DNA from: Smithellaceae bacterium
Lineage (GTDB): Bacteria; Desulfobacterota; Syntrophia; Syntrophales; Smithellaceae
Direction of reading: 5' to 3'
Assembly (NCBI GenBank): GCA_963667845.2
Contig: CAXXVL010000002.1
Coordinates: 1,600,001-1,664,000, forward strand
Length of the DNA stretch: 64,000 nucleotides
Below the pieces are notes generated by a model. That model was not told the origin of the DNA, searched no databases, and saw only the letters and a list, made by a program, of their open reading frames with translations. This document shows, piece by piece, positions 62,685-64,000 of the stretch. How positions within the stretch are numbered: the stretch's first letter is position 1; each line of letters opens with the position of its first letter. Both the position numbers and the translations under genes were made by a program.

Positions 62685-63623
62685 TCAGAGACTTTCCGGC
62701 GGGAAGGCAACGACATCATCAATGACGGCCGTATCGATAAGCAGCATGATCATGCGGTCGATGCCGAGCGCGATGCCGGCTGATGGCGGCAGGTACTCCA
62801 GAGCAGTGAGAAATTTTTCCGGCATGGAGTAAGGCGCCCAATGCTTGGCGGCCCGTGCCTCAGATGCTTCTGCAAAACGCCGCCTTTGTTCGCCCGCGTC
62901 CGTCAATTCCGAAAAACCATTGGCCAGTTCCATGCCGCCGATATAGAGCTCAAAGCGCTCCGCGACTGCCGGATCGCTCTTTTTTATACGGGCCAATGCC
63001 GCGAGAGGTGCCGGATAATCGCAAAGGAAGGTCGGGCGTTCGCCGCCCAGGCGAGGTTCGATATACTCGACCAGGATTTCATCAAACCGCTGCTGGCACA
63101 GGGCTTCCTGCACAGAGATCGGCGCAAATTTCAGAAAAGCGTCGGCGACGGTCAGCTTTTCCCAGGGTGATTCGATACTTATTTTTTTATTCTGCCGGAC
63201 GATGTGCCCGTTAAACCCCATCTTCGTAAACGCGGCGCTGAGCAGCTCCTCGCATTGATCCATCAGCTGCGTATAATCGAACCCGGCAACATACCATTCG
63301 AGCATCGTGAATTCCGGCAGATGTCTGCCGCCACGTTCCCCGGCGCGAAAGCATTTGCAGAATTGAAAAATCCGGGGATAGCCTGCCGCGAGGAGCCGCT
63401 TCATGCCCAGCTCGGGAGACGTCTGCAGGAACCAGTCGCCCGAGGGGATGGCTTCGATATGTTCTTCGGGAGCGGGGGCGGGGATGCGAACGGGTGTTTC
63501 GATTTCCAGAAAACGACGTTCTATGAATGAATCGCGAAGGCCCTGAATAAATCTGGCGCGCAAGTGCAGTGCCTGCGACTTGCGCGCCAGATAGAAATGA
63601 TCATCCTGTTGGAATGTGCTCAT
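62685..63623 (-). CDS. epmA: EF-P--(R)-beta-lysine ligase EpmA/GenX
   Basis: LQTSPELGMKRLLAAG, H.PEFTMLEWY, ERFELY, ELANGF.EL and ALGIDR motifs; no anticodon domain; next to efp. Confidence 0.95.
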   Translation of the reverse strand: MSTFQQDDHFYLARKSQALHLRARFIQGLRDSFIERRFLEIETPVRIPAPAPEEHIEAIPSGDWFLQTSPELGMKRLLAAGYPRIFQFCKCFRAGERGGRHLPEFTMLEWYVAGFDYTQLMDQCEELLSAAFTKMGFNGHIVRQNKKISIESPWEKLTVADAFLKFAPISVQEALCQQRFDEILVEYIEPRLGGERPTFLCDYPAPLAALARIKKSDPAVAERFELYIGGMELANGFSELTDAGEQRRRFAEASEARAAKHWAPYSMPEKFLTALEYLPPSAGIALGIDRMIMLLIDTAVIDDVVAFPPESL

Positions 63624-63629
63624 GATTTT

Positions 63630-63789
63630 ACGGCTTTTCAAAATGTTTCAGAGGCACGGCACGCGAGGCGTGAGGAATGAGGCGTATTATTATACGCGTG
63701 ACCTCGAGTGCCCTTCAGGGCTTCAGGTTATACGCCGCAGCGACGAGGGCCGAAGCGCAACGATGCCTGTGAGCATTTTGAAAAGCTGT
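63630..63789. mobile_element. MITE/REP-like intergenic element, family B copy 2
   Basis: Terminal inverted repeats acggcttttcaaaatg / cattttgaaaagctgt (15/16); tgaggaatgaggcgta is the reverse complement of the core in the 30018-30313 element. Confidence 0.75.
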
Positions 63790-64000
63790 CAGCCTTTGAC
63801 GCGTGTCAGATACTCTCCGGTCCTCGTGTCAATGCGGATTTTTTCTCCCTCGGAAACGAATGTCGGTACCAGAACCGTAGCGCCCGTCTGCACTTTGACC
63901 GGTTTGGTTGCGCCGGAGACGGTATCCCCTTTCGCCCAGGGTTCGGCTTCCGTAACGACCAGTTCAACAAAATTGGGCAGGCTGATGCCGATGGGCCGAT
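63789..64000 (-). CDS. efp: Elongation factor P, C-terminal part (5' end outside the window)
   Basis: Hand translation: ...[27 protein letters not shown]...[26 protein letters not shown]. Confidence 0.97.
   Translation of the reverse strand, partial: RPIGISLPNFVELVVTEAEPWAKGDTVSGATKPVKVQTGATVLVPTFVSEGEKIRIDTRTGEYLTRVKG

Overview
Core-genome window from a bacterium using genetic code 11. Gene content and protein style suggest a syntrophic deltaproteobacterium (Syntrophaceae/Smithella-like; this is inference). 1-23.1 kb: rpoB (partial), rpoC, the str operon (rpsL-rpsG-tuf, no fusA), and the S10, spc (no adk) and alpha ribosomal operons. 23.4-32.8 kb: a beta-barrel porin-like gene with a Pho-box-like promoter, a small stand-alone EF-Tu-domain-II-like protein, and phoB-pstSCAB-phoU-phoR. 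32.8-42.2 kb: accessory genes (DUF169-like protein, acyl-CoA dehydrogenase, Tat-lipoprotein amidohydrolase, LytS-type sensor fused to a PP2C phosphatase, hypotheticals, cyclic-nucleotide phosphodiesterase). 42.3-64 kb: folC, lptD, rplM-rpsI, argC, cysS, ctpA, a divergent polysaccharide deacetylase, TPR and LolB-like lipoproteins, an SDR pseudogene remnant, tol-pal-cpoB, a surface lipoprotein with four 84-aa repeats, epmA and efp (partial). I saw no rRNA, tRNA, CRISPR array or transposase. The most notable signals are an EF-Tu with several substitutions in its aminoacyl-binding pocket, a probable Pho-regulated porin, and two families of modular intergenic repeats. I found no complete novel multi-gene system that I can claim with confidence.
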